Below are positions 60,615 through 64,000 of a stretch of DNA of 64,000 nucleotides, piece by piece (positions within the stretch are counted from its first letter, which is position 1; the number at the start of each line of letters is the position of its first letter). The stretch covers positions 1,142,515 through 1,206,514 of the forward strand of contig OZ316897.1 in NCBI GenBank assembly GCA_973895155.1, read 5' to 3'. Both the position numbers and the translations under genes were made by a program. The DNA is from Marsupella aquatica (Eukaryota > Plantae > Marchantiophyta). Under the pieces are notes generated by a model. The model had not been told where the DNA came from, did no database searches, and worked only from the letters and a program-made list of their open reading frames with translations.

Positions 60615-60668
60615 AGGACTGATTTGTGAACAAAAGAAAATACACTTTTAATGAATAGGCTGATAAAC

Positions 60669-63600
60669 ACATCTTACGGACACCGCTAAACCCTCCACAT
60701 CAAGGCAGGGCATGAAGCGCAGTAGAAATGGCAACCATAGAAACAACCCCAATAGGGGGAGTTTCTTTAACCAACGCCCACAACACAATTTCAGACGGTC
60801 CTTTAGTGGACGTGGAGGACGCGGAGGACGTGGAGGACGCGATGGACGCGGCGGACGCAGAGGACGAGGTGGACGCGGAAGACGCGACGGTGGTAGAACA
60901 TATAGCAACAACCGTGGAAACCATTGGTCACAATCCCGACAACAACGGGAACGACCGAAATGCCATGCATGCGGCATGACAAACCACCTAGCGAGAAACT
61001 GTAGAATCCCGCAACACCTTAGAGAACTATATCAACGGTCCATCCAGAATGGACAAACCTCTAGGGAACCACCCCGTGAAACCCACGGGGCGTTTATGGG
61101 GACTAGCGACCCATTCCAAGACTTTTCAGATCTATCTGCCCAACCCGAGGCACACTTAGTGGCAAGTAGTTCCACAACCCCAAATCTAAATAGCCCCAGC
61201 ACATGTATTATAGATAGTGCAACCACACACACTATCCTCCGGGATCAACACCTTTTTCACAAGATTACACCCTCACGTCGATCCCTAACCACTATCAATG
61301 GCCCTAGCCAAATAGAAGAGGGCTTTGGCCCAGCTTCCATTAGACTCCCGCAAGGTACAGCTATCCACATAGAATCTGCTATTTTTGCCCCGAACGCAAC
61401 CCGTAATCTCCTCAGTTTTAGAGATATACGAGCGAACGGACTACATGTCCAGACGGGCGATACCAGAGATCAGGAAGTGATACACTTGGTTGAAAATACC
61501 CCTACGGGGAATATCATTAAAGAAACCCTTTTCTCATACCCCTGCGGGTTTTATGTAACTCATATTGAATGCCTGCATAACAATCTCGGGGGGGTCACTT
61601 CCACGGAAGTGACACATCACGTGCGACGAAGTATAGGCCCATTTAAATGGGTGTGGCGGAAGACTTCCCAAGTTTGGTGGAAGAACACATAGGGCATGTT
61701 TTATTGATTGGTTGACTTTAAAGAACACATAGGCCTATTTAATTGCAAAAAATACTTTCTATAAAGTTTTTAGGGGTTTTTTAATAAAAAATGACAAAAT
61801 TTTAAGAAAGAAAGGGCTTTGCAAAAAAATATTTTTCACTTAAAAGTTAGGGGGGTCAAACCCTAAAACGTCGCACGCGATGTATGACCCTCCATATAGT
61901 GACCCCCCCCGAGATAACAATGCCAACACAAGTGAATTGCCCGCGCTTTGGCATGCACGCCTCGGCCACCCCGGCCAATCAATGCTAAGCAAAATAATTA
62001 AGAATTCAAGTGGCATTCCAATCAATACACGCCACATTCCAGCGAGCACCCCATGCATTGCATGCTCACGCGGCAAATTAATAACAAGGCCCACGACATC
62101 AAAATTGCCAACTAAAATACCCCAATTTTTGGAAATCATCCATGCCAATGTCTGCGGGCCAATTAACCCACCGAGCGGACCATTCCGCTACTTTATGGTA
62201 TTAATCGACGCATCAACTAAATGGTCAAATGTGACACTACTTTCAACAAGGAACATGGTTATGCCTCGCATTTTGGCGCAAATCTTGCGCGTGAAAGCAC
62301 AATTCCCAGACCACCCCATTAAGACTCTAAGGGTGGACAATGCAGGGGAATTCACATCGGAAACATTTGACGACTTTTGCACATCACTAGGCATCAACGT
62401 ACAATATCCTGTACCTCACGTGCATTTCCAGAACGGATTAGCTGAAGCGGTCATTAAATGCCTTCAGTTAATTGCACGCCCATTACTAATGCAGTCAAGA
62501 CTTCTCGCCTCAGCATGGGGACACACCATATTACAGGCTAATGCATTAATCCAATACCGCCCATCGGCTTTTAATACCTATAGCCCATACCAAATTGCCA
62601 ACGGTATCAAACCTGACCTATCACATCTTTGTTCATTTGGATGTCAAGTAATGGTCCCTATTACTCCACCCAAACGAACCAAGATGGGACCCCAGCGACA
62701 GTTGGGGATATACATCGGATTTGACTCACCGTCCATAATCCGATATATAGAGCCTACAACTGGCGACGTTTTTAAAGCCAGATTTCTAGATTGTCATTTT
62801 GATGAACACATTTATCCACCATTAATAACCCCTGAACACCCACAACCTCCTTTGGAGTGGGAAAGACACTCGCCATTTTGGCAAGACCTTAGAACAAATC
62901 AAGGGGAGAAAGAAGTTCAAAGAATTCTGCAACTCCACAAGATTGTGGAAGAACTTCCTGACGCTTTCGTTGACACATCACAACTTACTCGCTCACATAT
63001 TCCAGCTGCGAGTGCATCTGCTCGCATCGAATTATCAAGTGAGCCAGCAAGTACATCCCAACCTCGTGCAAAATGAGGTAGACCCCTGGGATCAAAAGAT
63101 AAACAACCACGAAGGCGTGGTTCATCTATACCACCTTCACCTGATGTCGATCATACCGAATCTACATCCCATGAAGAGATCTCTATCCACTACGCACACA
63201 CAGGTGCGATGTGGGATAGAAATACTACTTCAATAGATGATGCTTTTGCATTAATGGTTGCAACACATATCACAGACGAAACACCCGAACCAATATCCAT
63301 ATTAGAATGCCAAAATAGACCAGATTGGCCTGAATGGCAAAAAGCTATAAACGGAGAATTAGATTCCCTACTAAGCAGACACACTTTTGGCCCAGTCGAG
63401 CCAACATCGCAAGACGTACACCTCATTGGCTACAAGTGGACATTCGTCCGCAAAAGAAATGATAAAGGCCAAGTTGTACGCTACAAAGCACGTCTGGTAG
63501 GGAAAGGATTTACCCAACAACCGGGAATTCATTACGATGAAACTTACTCACCGGTTATGGATAGCACAACATTCCAATATCTTGTCGGATTTGCCATTTT

Positions 63601-64000
63601 CCATCAACTACAGATGCGACAACTGGATGTTGCAACTGCATATCTATATGGCACTTTAGACACTTGTCTATACATGCGATCACCTCCAGAGTTGGAGCAA
63701 CGTCGTCGAGCTTTAGCTCAAGGGGCTAAATCGCATATCCCATATTTACATAAGATTATAACACAATTAACTCAAGTTACACCTCATGTGTCACCTACAC
63801 GTGTAACTTATAATAATGACACCATTGTGTCAATCGTACGGAATACTCACCGTGGACTAGCTATCCGCGTGTTGAAGGCATTATATGGCCTGAAACAAAG
63901 TGGCAGAGTATGGTATCAAAGATTTACCGATGAAATGATTGCCATGGGTTTTTCCCATGATGCCATTACACCATGTTTATTTATTAAACATGTGAATGAT
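60669..64000 (+). pseudogene. pol: Copia gag C-terminus (RGG tract, CCHC), protease, integrase and RT (partial)
   Basis: One continuous frame after removing the MITE at 61585-61913 plus one TSD copy (..IECLHNNANTSELPALWHARLGH..). TGA at 63074 falls in the KRGRP motif, and the first integrase Asp reads Asn (HANVCGP). Confidence 0.92.
61585..61913. mobile_element. 329-bp MITE with 8-bp TSD, superfamily unassigned
   Basis: TIR CTCGGGGGGG(G)TCACT, imperfect out to ~50 bp; perfect TSD ATAACAAT (61577-61584 / 61914-61921). Excision restores the pol frame. Confidence 0.93.

Larger units (their letters stand above)
31793..60664 (-). mobile_element. Giant Sola-like (DUF7869-type DDE) TIR DNA transposon with cargo genes; 28,872 bp as found, 13,328 bp without the nested Gypsy
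   Basis: Perfect 26-bp TIR ATCAGCCTATTCATTAAAAGTGTATT (31793-31818 / 60639-60664) and 4-bp TSD AAAC (31789-31792 / 60665-60668). Excision restores the Copia gag frame, and a transposase lies inside. The superfamily call rests on the 4-bp TSD and the D..DN..NKN..GH..D motif style, and is tentative. Confidence 0.9.
29681..64000 (+). mobile_element. Ty1/Copia LTR retrotransposon, Bianca lineage; disrupted, with its 3' end outside the window
   Basis: Short 5' LTR followed by the Bianca-type PBS TTATCAGCACGA. Gag begins MTNLEKLNFPALEIDGGNYLEW. Order is CCHC knuckle, protease IIDSATTHTI, integrase WHARLGHPG..CGPINPPSGPFRYFMVLIDAST, K(R)GRPLGSKDK, then RT RYKARLV..LYGLKQSGR, which is the Copia order. 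Confidence 0.93.

Noticed and set aside
31793-60664. CACTA, Mutator, Helitron or Polinton assignment
   Set aside because: The termini are not CACTA/G and the TSD is 4 bp (not 3, 9 or 6). TIRs are present, and no Rep/helicase, polB or retroviral-type integrase belongs to the element.

Overview
Eukaryotic land-plant genomic DNA, with spliceosomal introns and plant retrotransposon lineages; a fern or lycophyte source is my guess, not shown. The left end holds one intact 7-exon host gene (990-4415, minus strand). About 25 kb of decayed repeats follows: a solo LTR, Gypsy/LINE/SWIM/Ulp1 remnants, MITEs and a ~3 kb ORF-bearing solo LTR. The rest is a nested transposon stack whose inner junctions resolve to the base. 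A Bianca-lineage Ty1/Copia element (from 29681, running off the window) is split in gag by a 28.9-kb TIR element (31793-60664; 26-bp perfect TIRs, 4-bp TSD AAAC). That element is 13.3 kb once a nested 15.5-kb Ty3/Gypsy element (42635-58173, TSD GTTGC) is removed. The 13.3-kb element is the main candidate for an undescribed system. It is a Sola-like (DUF7869-type) DDE transposon that carries a spliced ~1400-aa cargo gene (ParB/Srx-like domain plus a degenerate beta-class N4C/N6A DNA-methyltransferase-like domain) and an FCP1/NIF HAD-phosphatase-like ORF. Its introns are filled with one shared ~25-bp palindrome. The nested Gypsy element is also unusual: each 4659-bp LTR contains a probably spliced ~1180-aa gene. 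All domain calls come from motif recognition by eye; no database search was run.
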